DNA of 64,000 nucleotides from Eutreptiella sp. 'Long Island Sound 2002' (Eukaryota > Protista > Euglenida): positions 121,334,001 through 121,398,000 of the forward strand of contig OZ038378.1 of NCBI GenBank assembly GCA_964036045.1, written 5' to 3'. Positions 12,619 to 24,399 of this stretch are shown here, piece after piece (within the stretch, counting starts at the first letter, position 1; every line of letters starts with the position of its first letter). The notes under the pieces are model-generated. The model did no database searches, had not been told where the DNA came from, and worked only from the letters and a program-made list of their open reading frames with translations. A program made the position numbers and the translations under genes.

Positions 12619-13515
12619 ACCCCCACACTAGTGCCCTGAACGACCCACGCCCCCACGCCACTGTTTTGTACCTGCCACGCCCACCACATCTCTGCAGAGG
12701 GCAGCCGAGCACGCGAGGCACGGATCGATTCAATCTCGTCAGCATGCCTCCGTCTACAACTAACACATGGCATGCGCGCATTGCCATCAGGGCATCACAG
12801 AATTTTCTGTACCGGAACTTATACACCATTTCGACATTCTTCTGGTGTTTCTGATTTGCCCGTGCCCCTGCATGACGCCCCACAGCCCCAGCACCCCCAC
12901 ACAGGACCCTGCTTCAGCCCCCTGGGACACTGAGCAAGACATCCGTTTGTTGTGTTGTTGTACCTCTGCCCTGCCTAGCCTCCCCCCTGGCGACCACATA
13001 CAGCCTGATCAGCCTGAGCCTGTCCCCCATGCGCCGTCTCAGTTTTTCTGCCTACAAGGTCTCTATTTTTGCACCAACCATTGGCAGGTTGGCCCTCACA
13101 TGGCCCTTCCACGCCCACATCACTGTCGTGTGAATGGAATACCACTCTCTGCCCCCCCGCCACGCCCGTACCACTGCATGGATCCGCTGTATGTCCACAC
13201 CCTGCCCGATCTCCCTCCCTCCCCCACCATTACCCTCCTCATTCCCTGGGACTCACAGCACTGGCCACTGCCCGAATGCATGGTACCCCCACTGGCTGCC
13301 TTGGCCTCAGGGCCCACAGCACGGGGCGATCAGCCGCATTATGCCACCCTGTTTATTTACGCTTTTCTCAGCATGTACCTCCTCTGCATGGCCCCCTCAT
13401 ACACTGACCCCTGAACCTCGGGGATGTGGGTGATTGACTGTATGATGGGCTCGCCCTTTCCTGATTGGAACTTTGCACTAAGGACTCAAGGCATGTGTTT
13501 TCAAAGAAAAAAAAA
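11480..13515 (+). mobile_element. 5'-truncated non-LTR retrotransposon (LINE L) with RNase H and C-terminal CCHC finger
   Basis: Poly(A) at 13507-13515. TSD AGACAGCTG (11471-11479) / AGACGGCTG (13516-13524). The empty site GAGACAGCTGAGGCCAAG is present in copy B2 near 40190-40200. Confidence 0.9.
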
Positions 13516-14862
13516 AGACGGCTGAGGCCAAGCGCTTCATTGAAATGGAGGAGCGCTTGGATCGTTGGGACACTTGTTAATTCTTCGTCATGGCTCAGCG
13601 AACAGAGGGCCCCCCGAGCAAGCGGGCAATCCCCCTCGCCAGATGAAAAGCGAGGAAGAAGCAAGCCGCCAGGGAAGCATGGCCCCCCAACACCAAAGCA
13701 ACCCGCCTGAGGACGTGTATGGCTGAGGGTTGGAGCAACGACAATGCCAAGTTGGATCTGGGCCACCCACTCCGAAGCCAGCCCAAAGCCTGAGTCTGAG
13801 GCGGCGTGGCAAGCAGGTCTTTGTCTTGAAGACGAGAAGCGTTTTGCTTATGACAGAATGCTGTTCGCAGAGACACACATTGACCAGATCCTACAGCTCC
13901 CACAATCCAAACTGAAGAAGATGTGCCTGGGCATGAAGCGGCGCTTCCGGCTTCCTCTCGGATTCCGCAAGACACTCAAGGGACTCTGTGACAGATGCCA
14001 AGTATGCCAGGCCGTCAATGAGCCAAACGGTTCACAGGCCGCCAACACCGATTAGATCCCCCTGCCGGGCATCCTATAGAGAATGTGCCCATGGACATGC
14101 TGTCCTTGCTCCCGTGAATAAGGGAAGGAGCTAGACGACTGTGTCATCCCCTGCATCGACCGCCACAGAGGGGACGAAATCGCGTTGCCCGCGCTGAACA
14201 AGGGCCCCATGCCAAAATCAGTTGCCCTCCAGATGATTAGTCACTGGTTCATAGTGTTTGCACGTCTATGGCCATCAACAGCGACAACGGGAGTAACCTT
14301 ACTGCCGCATGGATCCGTACAATGTGTCGACTGATGGGCATACACCACACCAGGACTGTGGGCTACCATATTCAGTCCTATGGGTGTGCCAAAGTAGCCG
14401 GACGCCAGCTCTTCGAGCAACCGAAGACGCTTCACCTTGAGTGTCCCGGTTTTTATTGGCTGATGCGCATGTGGCCTGTCATCCAGGCGTACCACAACCT
14501 GCGACTCTGTCCGGATACTCTTTCCACCAGATCCTATTTGGGAGGGATGTTTTTGAGCACAGTCTGCCGTGGGCAACCCCAGAGAAGGGACAGTCCTGTG
14601 AGGCGCTCAGGAAGGAGCAAAAGAAGCGTACCAAGCGTGCCAGTAACAGAAGATGGCGCCGGTTGCCAAGCACAAGGTCGGTAATGCCGTGTTGTTGGAG
14701 CGTGCATGGAAGCTCCTTGAGCACCGCCAGGCAAAGTATTAAGTCCCCGCCGAGCTTAAGAAGGGATTCGGCGAGGATATATATGGAGGTCAAGGTCAGG
14801 GGGCACCCATTCCGACAGCGGATTCCCTCCCAGATGAAACGGCACGTTTCGGAACGAGGTGG

Positions 14863-15968
14863 GTACGTAGGTATCTTTGGGAGCTCAGAATGCCTCCTTC
14901 GACAAGACAGGAGAAAGGTCTTACCAAGGAGACGTCCTGTCCCTGCCACTGCCCTACGTCAGGTGCCTGTTGGGCAGCTCCTGCAGGTACTTGGGAAGGC
15001 AGTGTTGCGGGCACCCAGGTGTCCCCACATGTGTGTGTGAGTAGGGCCACATTTCCCCTCCCTTGGGCGCGAGCTCTGGAAGGCTTCCCAGCCGTTTGGA
15101 GTAACTCTCACTGGAGGGGATATTGCTCCCGCGCCTCACCCCCGTGGTCCAAATTTTCGGGGCCTCGCTGCCTGGCAGGCAACCGCCTCCTGGACTGTGT
15201 GTCAGCTCGCCTGTCACTGGTTGTTTCCATGGCTCCAGATGACGTGTGCCATGGTCCCTGATGCAGCCTGGCTGGGCTCGGACCAGGGGCCTTGGACTAC
15301 CGCTTCCGCTACCAGCCCCATTGGTTGGCTTGGTCGCCCCAGTTCGTCCGACCCTTGGGGCGTGGTTTGTCGTGCCCTGACCCTCTGCTACCCTCGGTGT
15401 GTACGTGTCCGCGGTATCCCTGTCCCCTTGGCTCGCTTGTCCACCAGTGTGTGCATCCTGTGTGTTCTGTGCACGGTGTCCGTGGCCATGTCGCGCTTGT
15501 TCACCGATGTGCGCGCTGTGTGCGCCTTGCGCGTGGTGTTGGTTGCATTGCCGGGGTCCCCCCCCTTTTATTTGCGTTTTTTTGTTGTTTCTTCGTTGCT
15601 TCTTGTTGTTTTTCAATAGAGAGGAAAAGGTGAGAGGACGCGCGCACACTACAGGCACAGGCATGGGCTGTTGGAGCAGCGGTGCAGCAGTGCTGAGTTC
15701 CTCTTGCGGTGTGCCTACCTTGTGTATCCCCGGCGGCCGTACTGTCTTGCGGCCGGTGATAACGCATGTGGGTTGTGATGGGCGTTGGGAACGTGGGCCC
15801 TGGAGTCGAATTTTTGGGTCCGCTGCCGGGCTTGGTGGTAGTGGGGTTGGGCCGTGTTGGATGGCAGTGCTCTTGCAGTGCCCAGGATGGCTGTGGTTGG
15901 TGTTTGTGGCCGGGGGCCCTCGATCGGCCACTGGCTGTGGTGGCGGTTGGTAGGGGGGGGGAGTTGGA
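14863..15968 (-). mobile_element. Family A, copy A3 (3' end) joined to B1 integrase
   Basis: Begins GTACGTAGGTATCT, homologous to the GTAGGTAGGTAGGTATCT tail of A4. Matches 1-860 and 37600-38779. Confidence 0.75.
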
Positions 15969-16700
15969 GTAGGGGCCGACAGCTCCTGGTAGGTCATTCA
16001 GACCCCAGAGCGCCATTGGCAGCGCCTCAAACCAATTACCCGGGCGCTCCTCCAGAAAACGCCTAAGGGCATTGACCACCGCCTTTACCGCCACATCTGC
16101 CCTCCCCCTGCTCTGTGGCCTATAGATCACCCGCTGATGCTGCTCGATTCCGCTTTGGGCACAGAAAGTTTTGGAAAACTCGGAGGTAACCAAGTGATCA
16201 TTGTCCGAAAGAATCTCACGCAGGATCCCCATGAAAGAAACAAAGCGCTCCAGAAAAATGCGCGCCGAATTGGCGGCATCCAGCCCCTTCTTCCGGGTTG
16301 GGATGACTATAATATAGCCACTCAGCCTACACACAACAATCAGAGCGGAATGAAAATTCTGTCTGTCCACCTTGACAGAATCTAACTCCACAAAATCCAT
16401 GGAAACACTTGAGAAAGGGGTGGAAGTAATTGGAAAGTGCTCCAGTGAATCAGTGCCGGACCTGTTCGGCGCTTTGCATGAGTGGCACACTCTACATTGG
16501 GCAAAGGCTTCCGCAATCAGCTTTCTCGGAGAGAAGGGGAATAAAAAGCGGCGGCAACACAACACATCCAGCTTGCGCTCGCCCGGATGGCTGTACGCAT
16601 GCATGGCAGCAAGGACAGCTCTTACCAAGCACTCGGGCACCAGCAGCTTTCCTGGAAACCTAATCTTCCCTTTATACAAGGCGAAGCTTCGTACTTACTC
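15969..16700 (-). pseudogene. pol: Lineage C integrase (HHCC + DDE core), truncated at junction with A3
   Basis: HAYSH...CRVC, SMDF, LSDND, QSRGRADVA, WFEALPMAL in ORF 15501..16679. Integrase sequence stops at GPYS near 15969. Confidence 0.9.
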
Positions 16701-17170
16701 GCCTTTTTGCAACTGCTTATATACAGAAGACCACTGAGGGTGCTGACTGTATGCATCTGCCCAACTGTCGAAAAGAACAGAAACAGGAGGAGTGGAAACA
16801 TCATCATACTTCGCAGCACAATTGCCGGCGCGATCCGATGGCTGTCGACCGCGAGTAGTCTTCCGGCGGTGAACGCGAATCGGCATCTGTGTGAGCGCAG
16901 AAATGGAAGCATCAGACTCAGGGGCAGCAGGAAATTCGGCCAAAACACTGGGGTCTGGGGCCGACATATCCTGTAGCTGAAAAAGGGCCTCGTAGCTCCA
17001 ACATTGATGTCGCAGCTTGCTACACACAGACTGCATCCCCACATCCCCACCTGCCTGAAGCTGTGCTATAGTTGTTGAATCGGATGCCCCTGGATCACCG
17101 GGTCCTAAAAGGCGATCAGTCCTGAGATATGCGAAAGGCAAGGATAAAGAGTCCTGCTGATCATCAGCTG

Positions 17171-18614
17171 CTAACTCCCTCCCCACCAATATTCCCCGCG
17201 CCCGATCAGCATGCTCCTGGGCCACAAGGCAGGATATTTGATTAGCCAGGTGTGGTCCTCTGACCACTTTTCATCGTGAACGTCGCGTTCGACCCCAGCC
17301 AAATCCTCCTCGCTCCCATGCATGCAGGCGTCAGGGGCATGCTCGCAAGCTTGATAGGCCCAGCGGCTCATGGTGTCCGCCCCCACATTATCCTCTCCCT
17401 TCCTATATTCCACCTCGAAGTGAAATTGGAAGAGGAACTCATGCCATCGCCCTCTGCGGCGGACAGGGCCGCTGATGGACCCAGGGTCCTCGCGAAACCA
17501 ATGGACCCGAGCCTGATGGTCTGTGCTGGCCCTGACAGTCACCCCAGACTGAATCAAGCTGCAGAGTTTGTCGAGCGCAGCCACAAGGGCATACGTCTCC
17601 TTCTCCCGTACCCCAATCTTATGCCGCTTACCACTCCTATCCCCCTTTTTCTTATTACTCTCCAGACCCGTCAGTGCCTCAGAGAGTATTGCTGCATGCA
17701 TAGCATAGTTTTTCATGTACATCGCATACCATTGCGTCAGCCCGAGGAATGCTTTGAGATGAGTGGGCGTCACGATATGCTTGTGATCCCAGCGCTGAAT
17801 GGCCGCGCGTTTATCCGTCGCGGAAAAGGGAATGCCATGCTGCAAGATATGGACACAGAATTTTTTTCGCGTTTTGAACAGGAACATTTTCTCACGTTTC
17901 ACAGTGAGTTTATAACGACTAAGAATGTCACAAAAACGCCGCAAATCAATATATTGCGCTAGCAGCACGTCAACCGCCACTTCAGTTACCTTTCTCGACA
18001 GTTCTGGGGGTCCCGGGGTACCTCCTGCACTGTCAGAGGGGGGGGGGCTGGCGTCCCTGCCAGCATATTGTCGATATACGGCTTCACACTGTTCCAAACA
18101 CCACTGTACCATACGCTGGTACTGGGGTTGGGCTGTTTTCAGCCCCAGGGGGAGCACGTGCCATTCATAGACTCACCATGGGGTCATTAATGGACTAGGC
18201 TAACAGCATTTGATGAAAACCGTCTTCAAGGTCAAAAATTGAGCAGATGAAGTTTTTGCCTTCCTCTAAAGTTTTGTCCTCTATATACGGCAAGGGGAAA
18301 GTAAAGTCTTTGATTTGGGAGTTTAGGTGGCGGTAGTCTATCACTAACCGCCACTTCCCTCCCGGCTTGGGGACCACAAAGGCCCGGCTAATCCATTGTG
18401 GATTTACCGCATCTTGTAGCATGCCCCGGGACTGAAATTTGTCCAAAAGCGCTTTAAATGCTGCAGCCCGCAACCCAACACAGCAGTACGGTACCGCTTT
18501 CTGTGGCTGTGCATCTGGTTTTTGGATTATCGTCCCGACACCATCAGGACCACGATACGGGGCCTCCGTGTGTGGCTTAAACATCAACACTTCCCCATAT
18601 TCCTGCTGAATCAT
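17171..18614 (-). pseudogene. pol: Lineage C reverse transcriptase + RNase H (frameshifted)
   Basis: AFVVPKPGGKWRLVIDYRHLN, DLEDGFHQ, MLPLGLKTA, YIDL (YIDD site), LKAFLGL, EKETYALV, TDHQ, EYRKGEDNVGADTMSRW. Confidence 0.92.
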
Positions 18615-18759
18615 CTCTCAAAAAACCCGGCAACGATGGTCCTCCTGATCTGCCGCAACTACTGACGTGATGTCGCGGTTAAATCGCGAATCATTCCATG
18701 CTCGCATGGACCGACGATGGCGTCTGGGGGCTTGGTGATGTGGCTCGGGCTCCTGTGCA

Positions 18760-19130
18760 TGAAAAAGCAGCAAGTGCCAACCATCAGACCTGTGTACCGG
18801 GGGGCCTTTTGACGATTCAAATTTTTTTTTAGGTTGGTATATCCCACTAATCCAGAGACACCCCGCCCAAGGCCCAGAACCAGGCCTGCTCCCTCTTTAC
18901 CGGCAAATGGATGGCCCCAACTGCCCCATCGAGGAGGACTTTATCCACTGTGTGCTTGTAACAGTGCTGCGGTGGGCATAAGAACATCATATTCGTGCCC
19001 CAACACTGTTTGAAGCCATCCTGCTGACACCCCCAAGAGGTTACACGTGGGCCAGGCACAGGACGTCGTCCCGCTGCGAATGGGTCGATGTATCTCCTTC
19101 TCTCAGGCTCACCTGACCATTCTTTGACGT
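18760..19130 (-). pseudogene. Dam-like (N6-adenine DNA methyltransferase-like) domain inside lineage C pol
   Basis: YIDPFA...DGFKQCW-GTNMMFLCPP...VDKVLLDGAVGAIHLPV...AWFWAL, resembling the DLFA...W...YxxPP...KI...W pattern of DIRS/phage Dam domains. Lies between PR and RT. Confidence 0.6.
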
Positions 19131-20329
19131 CATTCAAAAAATCGGAAGACACAGACAGGCCCTTGGAGTTCTCCCTGAGGCTCTTTCGGACTCCAGCTAT
19201 CTTACGTGCTGGACGCAATGGGACCTGACACCAGGAGGCATCAGGGGACATCTCAGGTTTGCCCAATCCCAGCGCATCATCGAGGTCCTCTGACGTGGCC
19301 TCCGTCGAGGAACCTGATGCGTGCCCTCGAGAAAAACCTCACCCCCCACATAACTGGTCAGGGGCTCCCCAAAAAACATCAGAGTGCACCGACTCCGCGT
19401 CAGAGATCCCCTCAGATTTTCCATCACTATCCGTCATGCTGCAGGCCTCACATGCCCGTAATTTAACCCCCATAGGGTGAGCCGCGTCTGCAAAAAATTG
19501 GCTGACCAACTCAGGACGTCTGTCTATCTCACTTGCAGTCAAGGCGCATAATTCGGCGCAGCCACACTGGAGCCTGGTAAGCGGAGGCTCCTGCTCAGTA
19601 AGTCCTGTGGAGCGGACCTGTGCACTCTGATCCGTTTCCCCTGACATGCAAAAATCACAGATATGCTTGTCACAGGTGAAGAACCCCTGCCCTGCAAGGG
19701 TAGCAATTTTTCTCTCCTCAGATTTCTGCGGTGACTCAAAAGCCTGTCGTAACTGCGGCTGCAGGCTCTGCATCATGGGCTTCATGGCTGCACGCACAGG
19801 GCTGCCCCCCCCCTGGCTGTGAAGCCCCGACTCCGGGCCTCAGAGGTGGATTCCATGCGTCCGTACGACCTGCCCGCAGACATTGATGCTTACATGCACA
19901 CCTGGTGGCACATTGACAGTGAAACGCTCTGCCATTATTCAAACCCAGTTGCCGTTCTCACCTGAAGGCAGGCATGCAGTTCCCATAGTGACACACCAAG
20001 GTAGCAAAAACACAGCAAAAACAGAATGCAGAGCAAGGCAGCCAGTTTGAAAAAATTGCAAAGGGGAGGAAGGCACACTAATGCCCCCCCCCCCAAAAAA
20101 AACCTGCCAGTGTCATAGTCAGGACTTGTGGGATTCCGCAAGGGCACAACATGTACCCGTCCCACAAGTCCTGAACTGCTCTCTGTCACTCCGAAGTCTG
20201 TTCATGTCAATAGTGATGCTCTTCCGTGTCAATATACAAGACACCAGGGGACACAGCACCAACTAATAAGCAATCAGGAATGGCCATTGCCAAATGAGGT
20301 CGTTTGCCAATCCTCCTTCTTAAACAAAT

Positions 20330-20530
20330 GCCGCAGGGCAGTGACACAAGAGTCCCCCAAGGCTGTCACAGATAGGCAGCGACACTGTCACCAATGTTCC
20401 AAGTTTGCCCCCTGTCACTCCCCTGAGTTGACCGTCTCCCTGGTCCCCTGCGAAAAACACTTACGACGGGCAACAGCAAGAATGGAACACCCTGTGTCAA
20501 TCAGCGCCAAGACTTGGTGCGCAGAGCCGC
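20330..20530 (-). pseudogene. pol: Lineage C aspartic protease
   Basis: Reverse complement of 20461-20520 reads HQVLALIDTGCSILAVARRK (DTG motif). Confidence 0.85.
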
Positions 20531-20699
20531 CAGAAAATCTGACAGTGACTCACACTATGAGCTTCGACCTTAACAAATACGACCATCCTGGCCCCCGTCG
20601 GCCTCAGCCGCCACACCCGTGCCCTACTCAGGACACGACGCGGCTCAAGCGTGCAACAGCACGGGACTTGGCTTTTGGGCGGGGACGCCACAGTTACTC

Positions 20700-23016
20700 C
20701 CTGACACCCTTAGTTCTTGCTACCAGCCCTCCCAGACTGATCCTTGCCTGAAGGGTCCAGTTTCTTCTTAGAGGGGCAATCCTCTTGTAGGTGTCCCTTC
20801 TGACCACAGTTGTGGCATCCACGTCCCTCCCCCAAAGAAACCGCACGAGCCCCCTACTCCCTCACCCCGGGGTGTTCGCGCGGGTCCCGTGAGCATCAGG
20901 TGCCCTTGGGATGTCTATGCTTACCGCAACGGATGCAATCGCGTTGCTTCCACCTGTCAAGCATTTGCTTTTTTCGTTGCGGGAACTGCTGCAACACCTT
21001 CTGGAGCCAATCGCACTTCTCAGGATATTTCAAATAGCAATTATCACTGGAGTGTTGTCCCTGACAGTGTGTGCATTGAGGCCGGTCTTGCTGGTCGCCC
21101 TTTGTGTTGCGGTACCCCGGTGCTGACCTGGTTCGGCGAGGTCTGCCACCCTTACCACCTTCAAGCCTGTTTACAGAAGAGGTCCCCTGGCGGTACCCGT
21201 GAATGGCATCAACCCGCCGAGTGGTCAGCAACTTAGGAAAGATGAAATTATGGGCTTCCATGTACGTGTACTCACGCCCTCGGGGCTCCTCTTCTTCGAC
21301 CAAGTCTCTCAGGGGTTCTTCATACTGGCCCCCTGCCCCGCTAAGTTCTCGTCTGTATCGCCTTTTGGCGTCGCTATGGTGAGCTCGCCCAACCTAGCCG
21401 CCTTGACACACCAGGAAGTGAACCACCTCCTATAGGAAAGGACATCATCCCCATCAGGAGTACTATCCTCCCAATCGTCTCCAACCACATCCGGATTAAC
21501 AAGGTCCTCCCCTTCTGCACTCAGGATACCCCAGACGTCCTTGTATGACCACCCGAGGTAGATCATGCATTCCAGGAAACAGTGGGCCTCTTTCTCAGGA
21601 ATGGCCGACAAAAGAAGAATAGCTTGGACATCCGAATCGAGGGGACTACCAAGAAGATCTAACCATTGACTGCATTCAACGGAAAAATTTGCCAATAGAG
21701 CATAGTCTCCATTCCAAGTCGGCCGTTTCATGAACCTGTGCATATTTTTACGAGCCTCCTCGTCAAGAGACTTGAACTCCTTATCATCTCCCGTCCCCGC
21801 AAAAAGTTGCCGAATGGTGGCACTTACTCGCCCCCTCACAGCGTCATCATCAGAGGAGTCCTCCAGGGACTCTAAGAAAGGGAAAAGTGCACGTGTTTGT
21901 TGGACCTTGTCCTTTTGGGCTTCAAAGGCCATCGTATGTGTCCGGCCTGGTACCGGCAGTGGGTGGATGGGTGCCGCCGATCCGCGCAGAGAGGGGGGAC
22001 GCAGTTACCGTCGCCAAACCTGTGACAGGTCTAACCCGTGGCTCACGGAACGCAGCGTCCCTGCCCCTCAGTAACTCCAAGCGCCCTGCGCCGGTCAACA
22101 GAGACTTGAGGACGCTGTCAACTGCCGCTGTTGAAGCGACCGCGGTTGTGGTTTCCTCACACCCAACCTCGTCATCAGCAAGGGAAATTTCTTTTTATAC
22201 ACTGTCATGTCAGCATGCACCGACCTTGGTTGTTTCATGCATACCATGGTCCTCATCGTCCACAGATGGTCCCCGCGACTCCAAGTCTACGGAAAGGCAG
22301 GATTTGTTAACCTGGCACCTGAGTGTGCGCACGCTCTCACCCAACGCATCCACATCCTCCACCAGTTCGGGCAAATCAATGTCCACCCATTCATCTTGCA
22401 AGGCCTCAATTTGTTTTTCACACTCAGCAACCCGTTCTTCCCGTGAAAGCACTCTCGCGCACACGTCACCATACCAAGTCCCAGACAATTGAAGGAGCAA
22501 CAATTGCTGTGCACACGTACGGAGTTTTGCTTCCATGGTGACGCCTATCATCTCCTAGGAGGGCACCAATTGTTCAATGAAATGCGTCGAGAATTCGCGA
22601 TTTTTTTCAAAGGCCAAACAACATCATGGAGTTTGGCATCAATGCATGGACGCCATTTTGTGTCGAGCGACGTCAAATCGCTCGTGACCGAAAGTTAATG
22701 TGCCTCAAACTTTTTTAGCAACTCATGCATCGCGAACCGCTCATCTGCACCAACCGTGGGTAGTGAGCTACTCGTAGAGCTCGTTCGTTCGACCGTAGCC
22801 GCCTCGACCTTAATTCATCTTATTTTCAGAACATCCACGTACACAACAACACGTTGCAAATCTTTTCTTACCTCATGCACCATGTCATGCATTTCCTCAT
22901 TGCGAGTGCAAACCTTGTGGATTCCCTCAAATACGCGGGTAATGGTTCCGAACTTCTCTCCATTCTGTTTTGCACCCGCTTCGATGGCTAAATGACATGA
23001 TGCAACGTCGTACGAA
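20700..23016 (-). pseudogene. gag: Lineage C gag (coiled-coil N-part, capsid-like region, zinc knuckles)
   Basis: Canonical CHNCGQKGHLQEDC at about 20770-20815, plus CTHCQGQHSSDNC and CIRCGKH in ORF 20896..21303. Capsid-like ORF 21309..21932. Upstream helical segments contain stops. Confidence 0.8.
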
Positions 23017-23779
23017 GTAAGTAAGTAAGTAAGTTAAGTAAGGGCGGCGGCATCCGGAGCCTCATCTGACATCTCCTTGTTTGTTTTACATGGTGGCCGC
23101 CTCTGGCGGGAAGGAGAGCTCTCCACCATCAGTTCCCCTGGCGACCCCTGTCTCACCTCACGGCCGAGAACTCCAACCAGGTTCCCTTGGGGCATGACCG
23201 GCGGTAGGCTCCCTTCAGTCACTGCCCTCACGGTTCCAGCTCCTTCCGGTCACCCTTTGAAGGATCCCCCGGCCTTCCCCCCCTAGCACAGCCTATTGGG
23301 CGCCTGCAGGCGGGTTCCCTGTGGATAGCCCCCGCCAACAGCGGAGCATTTCTCTCTGTCAACCACATTCCACCACTCCCCATCCCTCACGGGTTCGAGT
23401 AACCACTCGTCTCCCGGATGCACTTGGGTGTCGTCCATCCACGGCTGGAGGCCAGGGGGCGACCCTTTCCACGTTCCCCCTCGTCCCGCTCACGCGTGAA
23501 CCTACGTGTACTCAGGCCATTGACCCGGGGATCTCAAGGTCAACCCTCACCCCTGCGGACACCTCACGGCCGTCCCGGAGTTCAGGGCATTTTCCTGACT
23601 TCCCGTGGTCAGGTTCCCCATGGTTGGCCCATGGTTCACCACTCCATGGCGACTCGTTTCCCAATCCCATGGGGCTGTTGCTTGGCGCTTTCGCTCTCCC
23701 TGCCCATCCCATGTCCCTTTCCCCCTTGCCTCATCCCGGCACCGGCCTGTTCCCAGCGTCCCATGGACTCCCTACCCCG

Positions 23780-24330
23780 TCGGGCCGTTGTGCGGCCCTA
23801 GCCACACGCCCTTCCCTGCCCCGTCCCCTTGTCCGATCTTCCCGTGTTTATACCCCACCGGGTCGCCAGCAACCCTGTGGCGCGGGCCCACTGGATCCCC
23901 TTCCATCTGGGGACCGCTTCGTGCGCCTAGCACGGGTCGCTCCCTCCCCGCCCCCGTCCCTTTCCCCAGTGCTGCGACCCAGCATAATTTCCTGGGCTGT
24001 AGTGCGGCCCCATCCCATCCCTCATCCCGTGTTTATTCCCCACCGGGCCGCCAGCAACCCTGTGGCGGGGGCCCACTGGATCCTCATCCATTGGGGGACG
24101 GTTTCGTGCGCCTAGCACGGGTCGCTCCCTTCCCGCCCTTTTCCCCTTTACTGCGGCCCCGGCCTAATCCCCTGGGCTGTTGTGCGGCCCCATCCTATCC
24201 CTCATCCCGTGTTTTTACCCCACTGGGCCGCCAGCAACCCTGTGACGCGGGCCCACTGGATTCTCATCCATCCGGGGACCATTTTGTGCGCCTAGCACAG
24301 GTCGCTCCCCTCCCGCCCCCGCCCCTCTCT
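23780..24330. repeat. Three tandem copies of a 180-185-bp unit
   Basis: GCCAGCAACCCTGTG at 23865, 24050 and 24230. Confidence 0.9.
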
Positions 24331-24399
24331 CCTGTGCCGCCTCCCATGCTGTCCTAGTCCCCTGGGGCCATCCCCTGGCCCTAGCCACACGGGTCCGGG

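Larger units (their letters stand above)
11213..14862 (+). mobile_element. pol: Ty3/gypsy lineage B, copy B1 (RNase H end + integrase), interrupted by LINE L
   Basis: RNase H end VVYVPGRLRRVSDCLSR (11362-11415). Integrase zinc motif CDRCQVCQA (about 13990-14020) and core INSDNG...QSYGCAK (14268-14400). Collinear with 38780-40440 on the minus strand. Confidence 0.85.

Noticed and set aside
18760-19130. Bacterial or phage restriction-modification gene or prophage contamination
   Set aside because: The domain is embedded within retrotransposon pol in three lineages, with no operon or phage genes.
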